Source of the DNA: Octopus sinensis
Lineage: Eukaryota
NCBI RefSeq assembly: GCF_006345805.1
Contig: NC_043020.1
Span: 1,116,001-1,180,000, forward strand
Length of the DNA: 64,000 bases
Reading direction: 5' to 3'
Shown: piece after piece, positions 1-13,441 of the stretch
Layout of the letters: the number at the start of each line of letters is the position of its first letter
How positions within the stretch are numbered: position 1 is the first letter of the stretch
The notes under the pieces: model-generated
What the model was told of the DNA's origin: nothing
Databases searched by the model: none
The model's input: only the letters and a program-made list of their open reading frames with translations
Program-made: the position numbers and the translations under genes

Positions 1-30
1 TAGATGTTTTGTAATAACTAAATATTGAAG

Positions 31-409
31 CACTCCGTCGGTTACGACGACGAGGGTTCCGGTTGATCCGAATCAACGGAACAGCCTGCTCGTGAAATTA
101 ACGTGTAAGTGGCTGAGCACTCCACAGACACGTGTAACCTTAACGTAGTTCTCGGGGATATTCAGTGTGACACAGAGAGTGACAAGACCGGCCCTTTGAA
201 ATACAGGTACAACAGAAACAGGAAGTAAGAGTGAGAGAAAGTTGTGGTGAAAGAGTACAGTAGGGATCACCACCATCCCCTGCCGGAGCCTCGTGGAGCT
301 TTAGGTGTTTTCGCTCAATAAACACTCACAACGCCCGGTCTGGGAATCGAAACCGCGATCCTATGACCGCGAGTCCGCTGCCCTAACCACTGGGCCATTG
401 CGCCTCCAC
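31..409 (-). mobile_element. tRNA-derived SINE, head A + tail Y (local labels), full length
   Basis: The minus strand starts GTGGAGGCGCAATGGCCCAGTGGTTAGGGC (A box), has GTTTCGATTCC (B box) and ends GTCGTCGTAACCGACGGAGTG. A perfect 19-bp TSD TAATAACTAAATATTGAAG lies at 12-30 and 410-428. Confidence 0.92.
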
Positions 410-731
410 TAATAACTAAATATTGAAGGTGAGTATGTATGGTTTTGCAGTACATGTAGCTTTTTCTTTATACGATTCGTTCATCGCTGATCCGGGATAA
501 TACGGTACGTTCAAATTATTGCGAAGTACGTTACGTTTATAAGCGATAGATCCGTGATAACATGAACCGGCAATCTGTCCGGGATTCTGTTTCTCACGCA
601 TCGAGTTCGAGCGCCCACCCAAAATGCTCAGCCACTCAGAGTCTCTCCGGATGGTTGTATGTATTTACATGACCGAAATGCGAGACAGCGGATTAAAACG
701 TTTTTTTTTTCATTCGGATATATGTAGTCGT

Positions 732-795
732 GTGGAGGCGCAATGGCCCAGTGGTTAAGGCAGCGGACTCGCGGTCGGAGAGCGAAAACACCTAA
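732..795 (+). mobile_element. SINE head A fragment with internal deletion
   Basis: GTGGAGGCGCAATGGCCCAGTGGTTAAGGCAGCGGACTCGCGGTCGGAG joins directly to AGCGAAAACACCTAAA, so the B-box segment is missing. Confidence 0.8.
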
Positions 796-1291
796 AAGAT
801 CAAACATGGTAAAGAGGACTCAATACGTGAATGTCTATGTTTTCCTCGCTAATTTTACATGGTTGAAATTAGAAACGTGGCTCAAAGACTGAGAGTTTTG
901 CTAGTACCATAAACGAAACTTTCGGCTCTTGAGTAACGTTATGCCTGATGACCCAAGGCTATAAGAACACACACCAGGTGCTTATTTTGATTTACTCAGG
1001 ATCTACGTCATTGACTCTCCGATGACGGAATCGCTCGCTGCCATATTGATAGCTGCTGTTCGTTTGTTGGGAGATGCAACATCTGTGCATCTATTCTTGA
1101 GACAACTAACAGAGAATATTTGCACATCAGCTTATTTCTTTCGTTTGATCTATATTCTTTTAACAACTCAACGATAATGTTTAAATATATCATTGTCATG
1201 ATTCAGCGTGATACCAGCTGTTCGCTTGTTTTTACTTTCACTCTGTGTATACATATACATACATATGTATGTATAAATATATATATATTCT

Positions 1292-1397
1292 TTTATTTGT
1301 TTCAGTCATTTGACGGCGGCCATGCTGAAGCACCGAATTTAGTCGAACAAATCGACCCCAGGACATATTCTTTGTAGGCATAGTACTTATTCTATTG
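1292..1397 (-). mobile_element. SINE C 3' half (LINE-related tail)
   Basis: The reverse complement reads CGGTGCTTCAGCATGGCCGCCGTCAAATGACTGAAACAAATAAAA, matching the tail at 6560-6625. Confidence 0.75.
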
Positions 1398-1454
1398 CGC
1401 GCGCGTGTGTGTGGGTGTGTGTGCGTGTGTGTGTGTGTGTGGTGTGTGTGTGTG

Positions 1455-1486
<32 letters not shown>

Positions 1487-2194
1487 GTGTGTGCATGCGT
1501 GCACGTGTGATACAAATTAAAAATATACGAAGTCGAGGTAAAGAAAAGAAACGGGTGTTATAGGGTATTATGTTGACGCTCAGGAAAACTGGTAGTAGCT
1601 TTTAAGGTTTCGAGCTTACGTTCCGCTGCTGAAAGGGTAGATGAAGTGAGGAAAAAGAGGGTGTTTGTGTGTGTACCTCTGTATTTGTGTTTCTGCACCT
1701 AATCACTTAATAACCGGTGCTAGTTTACTAATGTCTCAGGTGGTGATGGTGGTAGTGGTGGTTGTGGTGGTGGGGGGTGAGAATGATGATGAGGATGATG
1801 AAAGAAAGAAAAAAAGGTGACTAATATCTCGGATCGAATGTGTGCCAGACCAAACCAAAAAAAGTACAAGGTTCAGTTTTTGTCAAGCAAACTCATCAAG
1901 GCAGTGCTCCAGAAAGGCCGCCGTCCATGACTCAAACGAGTAAAAAATAAATGACCAAAGATTTCATAGAAGAACGTAATAATTGACGTTTCGAACAAAA
2001 TTCTTTGAAAAATCTATCTTAAAATATCATTTCTTGTGGTGTCCAGAAAATATTGGTGATGTGATTAGTGGAGATACGATTTGAACGCCATTTTCTTGGC
2101 TTCTTCAAGCGATTCAGTCGTACCTAATTCAAAGACTTGGTACTTTAAAACTGAATCCGAATAAATGAAAAGCAAAATGACCATTGTGATACCT

Positions 2195-2787
2195 ATTTCT
2201 TTATTACCCAAATATATCAGAGAGGACAAACAAGGACAGACAAACGGATTAAGTCGATTTCATCGACCCCAGTGCGTAACTGCTACTTATTTAATCGACT
2301 CCGAAAGGATGAAAGGCAAAGTCGACCTCGGCGGAATTGAACTCAGAACGTAGCGGCAGACGAAATACCTATTTCTTTACTACTCACAAGGGGCTAAACA
2401 CAGAGAGGACAACAAGGCCAGACAAACGATTAAGTCGATTCATCATTCCATGCGTAACTGGTACTTATTTAATCGAACCCCGAAAGGATGAAAGGCAAAG
2501 TGGACTCTCGGACGGAATTTGAACTCAGAACGTAACGGCAGACGAAATACCTATTTCTTTACTACCCACAAGGGGCTAAACACAGAGAGGACAAACAAGG
2601 CCAGAAAAACGGATTAAGTCGATTTCATCGATTCCAGTGCGTAACTGGTACTTATTTAATCGAACCCCGAAAGGATGAAAGGCAAAGTCGACCTCGGCGG
2701 AATTTGAACTCAGAACGTAACGGCAGACGAAATACCGCTAAGCATCTCTCCCGGCGTGCTAACGATTCTGTCAGCTCACCGCCTTAG
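2195..2787 (-). mobile_element. SINE B trimer (one head + three ~180-bp bodies)
   Basis: Three tandem bodies recur at TACCT 2190/2366/2548, with a single head (AAGGCGGTGAGCTGACAGAATCGTTAGCACGCC) at the right. A 14-bp TSD CCATTGTGATACCT lies at 2181-2194 and 2788-2801. Confidence 0.9.
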
Positions 2788-3156
2788 CCATTGTGATACC
2801 TTTTGATAGGTGTTGGTTTCGAAAAAAACTCGGCGTGATTCCATTCTCATTATGAATAATTTTAAATCACTCCTAGGACTAGTAATATGCCATCCGAAGT
2901 ACTCATAGCGGAATTTGAATTCAGGGTGCAGCGGACCGGAACAAATAAGTCAAGGTATTCTATCGGAAGTTCTAAGGACTCTGTCAATATACCGATCTAT
3001 GTAATTAATATTGGATACGTTTATTTAACGAAAGGGGAGAATATTTGTTCGTTGGCAAATAACGGCCGTGAAATTCCAGTGTCGTTAACATAAATGTTTA
3101 GAAAAACTTGGTTGCGGTCAAATAACCAGAGACTGACAAGAAGAGGGGGAAGGATA

Positions 3157-3292
3157 CTGCTGCTGCTGCTGCTGCTGATGATGATGATGGTGGTGGTGGT
3201 GGTGGTGGTGGTAGTGGTGGTGGTGGTGGTGATGGTGGTGGTGGTGGTGATGATGATGATGATGATGATAATGATGATGATGATAATGATGA

Positions 3293-3354
<62 letters not shown>

Positions 3355-3615
3355 TTGATGATGTTGATGGAGATGATGATGATTGATGATGATGATGATG
3401 ATGATGTTGATGTGATGTTGATGGAGATGATGATGATGATGATGATGGCGATGGTGGTGATGGTGGTGGTGGTGGTGGTGATGGTGGTGGTGGTGGTGGT
3501 GGTGATGGTGATGGTGATGGTTGTAGTGCTGATGATGATGATAATGATAATGATGATGGTGGTGGTGGTGGTGGTGGTGGTGATGATGGTGGTGGTGGTG
3601 GTGGTGGTGATGATG
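3157..3615. repeat. Compound (GCT)/(GAT)/(GGT)n microsatellite
   Basis: Trinucleotide tract; it is the source of the poly-His and poly-Met/Val ORFs. Confidence 0.95.
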
Positions 3616-3679
3616 AAAGAAAGGAGGTGACAAAGAAATGAAGAAAGACAGGGTTAAAGAAAGAAAAGAAGAAAAAGGA

Positions 3680-3712
<33 letters not shown>

Positions 3713-4096
3713 CAGACAGACAGACAGTTAGAAAAGAAGAAATAAAAGCGACCTATCGAGAAGGTAAACGCTGTAACGAAACAGGACGCCTTCCCATTTC
3801 AATTGTTTTTGCCGAATGAATGAAATCAATAAATGAAGAATGAAAATTTGTAAAATTGAATAAAATGCAGGCTGAAGTCGATGTGGAGTGTCACATCTGG
3901 AGATTTCACAAATGTAAATGTTTTAAACAAAACAAGAAAAAAAAGAGAAGAAAGCAGACGTAATTTTGCTATTGTGACGTCAATTTTATTATCTTTTGTA
4001 AAAAGTTTGTTGTTATTGTATCGTTGAAGATAAATTGTTCGAAATATTTGAACGTTGAGGAAAATAAAATGCTGTGACAATATTCGTTCTGGTTCT

Positions 4097-4316
4097 AAAG
4101 CGGCGAACTGGCAGAGTCGTTAGCACGCCGGACGAAATGCTTAGCGGTATTTCGTCTGTCGCTACGTTCTGAGTTCAAATTTCGCCGATGTTGACTTGGC
4201 CTTTCATCCTTTCGAGGACGTCGATACAAAAAGTACCAGTTGAGCACTGGGGTCGATGTAATAGACTTAATCCCTTTACCCAAATGTGAGGCCTTGTGCT
4301 CCCAGCAGAAAGGATT
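4097..4316 (+). mobile_element. SINE B, (ATT)n-tailed subfamily
   Basis: Head GCGGCGAACTGGCAGAGTCGTTAGCACGCC, B box GAGTTCAAATTTC, central GCCTTTCATCCTTTCG, ending GAAAGGATT followed by (ATT)n. Further partial copies follow at ~4478-4960. Confidence 0.85.
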
Positions 4317-4338
4317 ATTATTATTATTATTATTATTA

Positions 4339-4377
<39 letters not shown>

Positions 4378-4378
<1 letters not shown>

Positions 4379-4477
4379 GAGTGAGAGAGCAGTGCATGCC
4401 ATCAAATTGTCACAACCATATGTGCACAACATGGTGGTCTCATATCAAGATAAACAGCACATGACCTTGCTTGCAGG
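4378..4477 (-). mobile_element. 3' fragment of the (AAT)n-tailed retroposon, internally deleted
   Basis: Matches the start of 15531-16086 (TGAGTGAGAGAGCAG...) with ~80 bp missing, and abuts (ATT)n. Confidence 0.8.
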
Positions 4478-5283
4478 TTTGACTTGGCCTTTCATCCTTT
4501 CGAGGTCCATACAATAAGTACACGTCGAGCACTGGAGTCGATGTAACCCACTTAGTCCCTTGACCGAAACAGCTGGCCTTGAGCCAAAATTTAGAATTAA
4601 TATTTATTCTGACTCTAAAGCGGTGAACTGGCTGAATTTTTAAGCGCGCCGGGAAAAATGCTTAGTGGCATTTCGTCCGTCTTTACGTTCTGAGTTCAAA
4701 TTCCACCAGAGTCGACCACGCCTTCCATCATTGGGGTCAACGTAATCGACTTACCCCTTCCCGCCACAATTGCTGGCCTTGTGGCAAACATTTGAAGCCA
4801 ATATTCATTCTGACTATTTATGCTCTGAGTTCAAATCTCGCTGAAGTTCATTCAGGCTTTTATCGATCGGAAGATCAGTAAAGTAGAGTACTACAAGTCA
4901 AGCACTGGGGTTGATGTTATTGCCTTGCCCCTCTCATTCAAACGGCCTTTGGTCAAAACCTGTTTCTCTCCTCAGCCATGTCCGTTTCTGTAAATTATTT
5001 TTACAACTTCAACAAATTATCATTTTGATGTGTTTGCGTGCAATCGATGCATTTAATGTAGAAGTGTTCTGATGGAATTTTATTTGTTTGCTGCGTTATC
5101 CTTATTTTTGTTTTGTTTTCTTTCTTCATTTTTTTGAAATTGACAGCTTTGTATGTGTACACACACACACATACACACACATATATTATATATATACATA
5201 CGTACATACCTACCTACCTACATAAATACATGCATACATAAACACTACTACTACTACTACTACTACTGCTACTGCTACTACTG

Positions 5284-5346
<63 letters not shown>

Positions 5347-6217
5347 TTATTATTATTATTTCTTCACCCGACCTCAGTGAAATTTTACAGCCTTTGTATG
5401 TGTATACACACACACGCGCGCGCGCGCACACTCACACACACATTATATATATATATATAATCTTTTAAGTTCGTTTACGGGAGAAATTATTTGAGTATGT
5501 AAATAAAAATCTCCTATCGTAAGAGACACGTGATTTGTGGAAACGCGCGTAGCGAAGCATTGCGGGATCATTAGCTCGCCGGACAAAATGTCTGGCGGCA
5601 TTTCTTCCAACTCTTTATGTTTTCAGTTCAAATCTCGCTGAAGTTCATTCTAGCTTTTGTCCATCTTGTGGTCAATAAGACAGAGTACTTATTCGAGTAC
5701 TTGGGTTCGTATCGTGGAGTTGCACCTCCGCCTAAAATAGCGGGCCTTTGGCCACAATATGAGACAATTGAAGGGAGCCAGTTTGCAGAATCGTTAGCAC
5801 GCCGGACAAAATGCTTAGCGACATTTATTCCAGCGTTTTACGTTCCGAGTTCAAATAACACTGAGGTCAACGGTGTCTTTCATCTTTTCTGGGTGAACAA
5901 ATTCGAATTACACCTCACATCAAAATCTCAAAATTTTTGGATTTGTGCCTAAATTCGATAGAATATATTAGTCGTACGTTACATGTACACAGACACGCAC
6001 ACAGACACATACACACGCACACAGACACATACGCACGCACACACACACATATGTACAGAGTGCGAGAAGGAGAGGCAATGAAATAGACAAGGAAAAAGAA
6101 AGTAAAAGAAAAAAGGCATACAAAAAAGTGAGACATATACATACATGCACATACGCACATATACAAAACAAACATACATACATACATACATGCATACGTA
6201 CATACATACATATATAC

Positions 6218-6627
6218 GGCTGTGTGGTAAGTAGCTTTCTTACGAACCACATGGTTCCGGGTTCACTCCCACTGCGTGGCATCTTGGGTAAGTGTCTTCT
6301 ACTATAGCCTCGGGCCGACCAAAGCCTTGTGAGTGGATTTGGTAGACGGAAACTGAAAGAAGCCCGTCGTATATATGAATATATATATATTGTATGTGTA
6401 TGTATATGTTTGTGTGTTTGTGTTTGTCCCCCCCAAGATAGCTTGACAACCGGTGCTGGTGTGTTTACGTCCCCGTAACTTAGCAGTTCGGCAAAATAGA
6501 CCGATAGTATAAGTAATAAGTTTACAAAGAATAAGTCCTGGGGTCAATTTGCTCGACAAAAAGCGATGCTCCAGCATGGCCGCAGTCAAATGACTGAAAC
6601 AAGTAAAAGAGTAAAAAGTGTAAAGAG
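6218..6627 (+). mobile_element. tRNA-derived SINE C, full length, with internal (TA)n
   Basis: Head GGCTGTGTGGTAAG...GGGTTCACTCCC, central TTGGGTAAGTGTCTTCTACTATAGCC, and 3' tail CCAGCATGGCCGCAGTCAAATGACTGAAACAAGTAAAAGAG shared with the LINE end at 47183-47243. Confidence 0.88.
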
Positions 6628-7277
6628 AGGCGAATGAGGGTCTTACCTCTTATTTCTAGCGGGTAGACACTTTAATGTGTCCTTTGATTAATGCAATACA
6701 TACATACACACACACGAACACACACATATATACATTGGTCGCAGTCAAATGACTGACACAAGTGAAAGAATAAAAGAATAAAAGAATAAAAGAATATAGG
6801 TATAGATACAAAGACACACATGTTGACATATTAATATGAAACCCCTCACAGCCATAGACATAACCGCTGGTATCCGGACGCACGTGCTTGCGTACACATA
6901 CATATCGACCTACCTATCTACGTATATACATACGTAAATGCATACATGCGTATATACATACAAACATACGCACATACACACACACACACACACACACATA
7001 TACATGCACATGTATACAGACAACCTACAAACATATATATATATATGTGTGTGTGTGTGTGCGTGTGCATATATATATATTCATAATTATATGTATATAT
7101 ATATACATATATATATGTATATATATATAGATATATCCATATTTATATATATTCATTATATATAATATATATTCATATTTATATATATATATATTCATAT
7201 ATAGATATATATTTAAATATATATATGAATATATATATATATATATATATTCATATTTATATATATATATTATTCAT

Positions 7278-7310
<33 letters not shown>

Positions 7311-7342
7311 CATTTTATATATATTTTCATATACATATATAT

Positions 7343-7373
<31 letters not shown>

Positions 7374-7559
7374 AATATATATATAAATATATACATATAT
7401 ACCAAAATATATTATATATATATTATATATATATATATATACATTCATATATACACGTACATTTGTAGTTTGGTCGCTGAGTCTGTTGGTGGCAAAAGTA
7501 TTAGAAATCAAAAGAAATCTGACATTTATATAAACAGAATTAATGATGACAACATCCAC

Positions 7560-8060
7560 ACTAATGGCGTCGTCGGGAGAAAAAATGGCTGAATCAGCAA
7601 TAAACTAGAAATATTAATCTTGTTGCCTTCAACTAATAAAACAAGCGGGGTGGGTGGGTGTTCATGTTTCTCCGTCGTTATCTACGATGAGTGTTTCAAC
7701 TGTTGCGTCAAATGAACGGCTTGCAGGTCATATTATGGCGTAAAATGTCAAAGAATTCTTCGAGCGCTCGTAGGTGAGACAAGCTGACACTGAATCAGGT
7801 GACGGTCGTTTAGAGAATGCGCGGGCTAAGACTACGCGCCTTCACTAGTCAGTTAAGGTGAGACAGTGTCACGTGACAACTTGCTAGGGCTGCCTGCGGG
7901 AGCCTACCGGCAGGTATTTAGAGGGTTAGGTTTGATAAGTCAGTCAGTCACCGGTTGACACTCGCTGACGCGACATCGAAGAGGCCAGGAAACAGAAGAA
8001 AGAAGAAGAAAGAAGACTAGCACCCAACACCAGAGCTGAAGACATCTCCGAAAAAGGTTT
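7560..8060. promoter_or_regulatory. Candidate promoter/enhancer: non-repetitive CpG-rich island with palindromic E-box
   Basis: About 20 CpG in 7680-7990 against a CpG-poor background. Motifs: perfect 12-bp palindrome TGTCACGTGACA (7867-7878), CGAGCGCTCG, AAAATGGC, and several TCAGT. No match to the other repeats was seen in the window. Confidence 0.35.
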
Positions 8061-8123
8061 TGTATATGTATACACACACTCATGTGTATATATATATATA
8101 TATATATACATAGGTACATACCT

Positions 8124-8354
8124 ATTTCTTTATTACCCACAAGGGGCTAAACACAGAGGCGACAAACAAGGACAGACATAGGTATTAAGTCGATTACATC
8201 AACCCCAGTGCGTAACTGGTACTTAATTTATCGACCCCGAAAGGATGAAAGGCAAAGTCGACCTCGGCGGAATTTGAACTCACAACGTAATGCAGACGAA
8301 ATACTGCTAAACATTTCGCCCGGCGTGCTAACGATTCTGCCAGCTCGCCGCCTT
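8124..8354 (-). mobile_element. SINE B monomer
   Basis: Full head and body; 10-bp TSD GTACATACCT at 8114-8123 and 8355-8364. Confidence 0.9.
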
Positions 8355-8372
8355 GTACATACCTACCTACCT

Positions 8373-8442
<70 letters not shown>

Positions 8443-8451
<9 letters not shown>

Positions 8452-8697
8452 TGTGAGAGAGAACGTGAGTGAGTATGTACACATGTGGAAGTATGTATGT
8501 ATTTATTTCTATAAATATACAGATATATATATATATATATACATATGTATAATGGTATATATATATATACACGCACACACGCACATATATGTTTATGTAT
8601 GTTTGCATATATACATACACAGAGTGTTTTCTTGGATATGTCATCCCTTTAAGAGTTTAATATATCCTCTAATTACCTTGTATATATATATATACAC

Positions 8698-8729
<32 letters not shown>

Positions 8730-8927
8730 TATATGTGTGTGTGTGTATGTATGTTGTATGTAGGTAGGTAGGTAGGTAGTATATATATTATATATATATA
8801 TATATCACAGGTTAAATAGAGGATATATTAAACTCTTAAGGGATGACATATCCAAGAAAACACTCTGTGTATGTATATATGCAAACATACATAAACATAT
8901 ATGTGCGTGTGTGCGTGTATATATATA

Positions 8928-8962
<35 letters not shown>

Positions 8963-9072
8963 CCATTATACATATGTATATATATATATATTCTGCATAT
9001 TTATAGAAATAAATACATACATACTTCCACATGTGTACATACTCACTCACGTTCTCTCTCACACGCACATAC
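8443..9072. repeat. Fold-back inverted duplication (~240-bp arms) around (TA)n
   Basis: 8443-8682 is the reverse complement of 8805-9072 (e.g. GTGTTTTCTTGGATATGTCATCCC vs GGGATGACATATCCAAGAAAACAC), with a few differences. Confidence 0.9.
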
Positions 9073-9533
9073 ACACTCATACAAATATACATACGCATAC
9101 TGAGAGAGAAAAGGAGAGAGACAGAGAGTGACAGCAAGAGAGAAAGATTAGAATTACACACACGCTAATGAATTATTTATAAACCTTTAGTCGTACTGAT
9201 AATCGCTAATGCGAAACTCGTGTAAGAGCAGCGTGAATATCAGTTTTACTTGCTTTTATTGTGTGTACGCTAGAGTGTACGTCCATGTACACACACATAC
9301 ACAGGCACACGCACATTACGTACATATATATATTTATATTTACATAGTCATATATATATATATATCTATATATATATATATATAATATATATATAATATA
9401 TATATATATATATTATATTTATCTATCTATATATCTATCTATCTATCTCTCTCTCTCTATATATATATATATGCTTAAATACACGTAGACGGACATACAT
9501 GAAAACACACACACATACATATATATATATATA

Positions 9534-9564
<31 letters not shown>

Positions 9565-9683
9565 CCTGTGTATATGTGTGTGTGTATATATATATATATG
9601 CTTAAATACACATAGACGACATACATGTACACGCACACCACACACACACTATATATATATATATGTGTACCTGTGTATGTGTG

Positions 9684-9716
<33 letters not shown>

Positions 9717-9732
9717 CATATAATATATATAT

Positions 9733-9807
<75 letters not shown>

Positions 9808-9913
9808 AGAATCTACATCAAGTACAAATATAATGCCGGCTCCAAAAGCGAGAGAATGCAAAATGACGGGAGGAAGGAAGGAAGGAAATAAAGGAGGAGA
9901 AAGAAAGAAGCGA

Positions 9914-9961
<48 letters not shown>

Positions 9962-10524
9962 AGGACAAGAAGAAAGAAGGAATAGATTTCAGAACAATTT
10001 CCAAAATACAAAACCGAAAGCAGAGAACAGAAAACCCAATATAGTTTGAGAACGGAACGTGTCGGTTGAATTTTCGAAGCACGTTTCTAGTAATTGGCAC
10101 TAAACAGATTTCTGTGTAGAGAAATACTTAAGTTCCAGTTCATCCTTGTCATGTCTTTTGAAAGAAAGGTAGAAGTATTCTTCAGACTAAGCGAAAACAA
10201 AAGATATACAATAGAGTGGTGAAATAATTAGCAATGCATGACGGCATTCAGGAGAAAAATTTTTGGTCGTAGAAGGAAAAGAAATCGAAAAAGGAAGCTA
10301 AACAAAATGAAGAATCGATAATAATAATAATAATAATAATAATGGTAATGATAATAATAATAGCAAGAACAATAATTATAATAATAATAAAGGAGAAGAA
10401 AGAAGACAATAGTAAAAAGGAAAAAACAAAGGGGAAGATGTATGAGGCAAACTAGGAAAGGGTAAGAAAAGAGTTAATAATAATAATAATAATGATAATA
10501 TTTATATATATACATATATATATG

Positions 10525-10574
<50 letters not shown>

Positions 10575-10711
10575 TGTGTGTATAATATACATATACATAT
10601 AGTTCATAGATATGAATCGGTATATTGTATATGTATGTAATGTATATGTATCTATATATATAGAGAGAGATATAGATATATATATGCACATATATACATG
10701 TGCGTGTATAT

Positions 10712-10761
<50 letters not shown>

Positions 10762-11543
10762 AACAACGTATATATATATAAGAACAAACATAATAGTATA
10801 TGGAAAAGGTCTTTCTAATTACCCTTCAGGTAATTTTTGTTTATTGTAGTAGAAGTTTGTGGTGGTGGTGGTGGTGGTCATATTGGTAGGCGGGGTGGTT
10901 GCCGTGGTGGTCGTGGTATTGGTGGTGGTGGCGGATGGTTTGTGGTGAGGTTGATTTGGTGTTTCTGTGTACGGTAGAGCAATAACGATTATGACACAGG
11001 TTTTACAGAAACGCTTTGACATACACATATACATAGATAAAAATAATATGTATGTATGTGAATATAATGGTTTGCTTCATATGAATGTGTCTCCATATAT
11101 GTGTATGTATATACATATGTGTATATATATATATTTATATCATATATATATATATTAAACATATATATATATACATATATATTTATATTAAATATATATA
11201 CTCATATATATATATATATTTACACATATATGCATGCACATACATATATATATTTAAGTATGTATACATACACATTCTTTTACGAACAATTATATATATA
11301 TGTGTGTGCGCGCATATATATATAACATATATATAATATATATATAATATAATATAATGTATAGTGTATTTATACACATACCACATATATACATATACAT
11401 ATATGCACATGTATATGCATATATATGTATATATCCATATATAGATATGTACACCTATATACAAGGACGCCTAAATGTATTCATGCATATACAAATAATA
11501 TACACACTTACACACACACATATATGTACATACACACACACAT

Positions 11544-11572
<29 letters not shown>

Positions 11573-11576
<4 letters not shown>

Positions 11577-11656
11577 AGCGAGAAAGAAGCAACAAGAATG
11601 GATAGGTTTTTCGTACTAAAAACCTATCCATTCTTGTTGCTTCTTTCTCGCTTATA
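11573..11656. mobile_element. Perfect palindromic element (39-bp arms, 6-nt loop)
   Basis: TATAAGCGAGAAAGAAGCAACAAGAATGGATAGGTTTTT-cgtact-AAAAACCTATCCATTCTTGTTGCTTCTTTCTCGCTTATA; related to 23495-23649. Confidence 0.8.
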
Positions 11657-11792
11657 ATCACCCCACATACTGTATTGTTAAATCAGTATGGTTTTTTTTG
11701 GTGCATCTAAGTTAGGTACCATATTCAAGTAAATTTTTTTAAATTAACTTGAATCTTTATTGCTCTTTTTATATATATATATATATATATAT

Positions 11793-11834
<42 letters not shown>

Positions 11835-12452
11835 TTAAATATATATGTACAAATATATAGACGGACGTCCAAATGTATACGTGCATATACAAATAATTTG
11901 TTATATAGTAATACAATACTATATAATGATTATTTGCATTATATACACAATTAAATATATATATACATACATATATACATGTGTGTGTGTGTATTTATAA
12001 TTTAATGTATGTATATATAAATGTTTGCATGTATGCTTATATCTGTGAATTTGTTTGAGTGTGTATACATGTTTGTATATGTGTGCGTGTATATGCATAT
12101 GTGCGTGTATGTACACATATATGCATTTATGTATGTATGTATATATGTATGTGTGTGTTAATGTACAATGTATGCGTGTGTATACACACTCATGCAAATA
12201 ATGTTATTGGTTTTTGCTTTTCTGTTGTCACTAAAAGTAACATTGTTTCACCATTAAAACTAAATGGCAAATTGTATGTTTGCGCAAATCATTGTGTACG
12301 TCTTCAAGTGCCACCGACTTGGTTGTGCTCCTGCGTCTTATATAAGCAAAGCACACGCACACACATATATACACACATAGATACTTGCATACATACATAT
12401 ATATACATGTATAAAGTTTGTGTGATGTGTGTGTGCGCATATATATATATAT

Positions 12453-12514
<62 letters not shown>

Positions 12515-12515
12515 C

Positions 12516-12552
<37 letters not shown>

Positions 12553-13176
12553 TCCTTAAATATATATGTACAAATATATAGACGGACGTCCAAATGTATA
12601 GTGCATATACAAATAATTTGTTATATAGTAATACAATACTATATAATGATTATTTGCATTATATACACAATTAAATATATATATACATACATATATACAT
12701 GTGTGTGTGTGTATTTATAATTTAATGTATGTATATATAAATGTTTGCATGTATGCTTATATCTGTGAATTTGTTTGAGTGTGTATACATGTTTGTATAT
12801 GTGTGCGTGTATATGCATATGTGCGTGTATGTACACATATATGCATTTATGTATGTATGTATATATGTATGTGTGTGTTAATGTACAATGTATGCGTGTG
12901 TATACACACTCATGCAAATAATGTTATTGGTTTTTGCTTTTCTGTTGTCACTAAAAGTAACATTGTTTCACCATTAAAACTAAATGGCAAATGTATGTTT
13001 GCGCAAATCATTGTGTACGTCTTCAAGTGCCACCGACTTGGTTGTGCTCCTGCGTCTTATATAAGCAAAGCACACGCACACACATATATACACACATAGA
13101 TACTTGCATACATACATATATATACATGTATAAAGTTTGTGTGATTGTGTGTGTGCGCATATATATATATATATTG

Positions 13177-13212
<36 letters not shown>

Positions 13213-13220
13213 ATATATAT
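11793..13220. repeat. 720-bp tandem duplication (probably an assembly artefact)
   Basis: Units start AGCGAGAG at 11793 and 12513. Identical 92-aa ORFs lie 720 bp apart, and the differences I saw are single-base indels. Confidence 0.85.
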
Positions 13221-13311
13221 ACACACACAATATATATATATATATGCGCACACACAATCACACACATGTTGTATATATATATATAATCCAGTGTATATAT
13301 ATACAATCCAG

Positions 13312-13441
<130 letters not shown>

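Noticed and set aside
340-409. tRNA genes at the SINE heads
   Set aside because: A/B boxes are present, but no complete cloverleaf or terminator; the heads continue into SINE bodies with TSDs.
885-960. CTGAGA...GAAAC and CTGATGA hammerhead-like words
   Set aside because: Stem I and stem III do not pair in any permutation I could build. CTGATGA at 60382 is the SDE codons of the Tc1 relic.
3094-3633. Long poly-His / poly-Met-Val ORFs (and all MYVC-, YI-, HT-, poly-I/L/N ORFs in the track)
   Set aside because: They are translations of microsatellites that lack stops in some frames; there are no domains or splice context.
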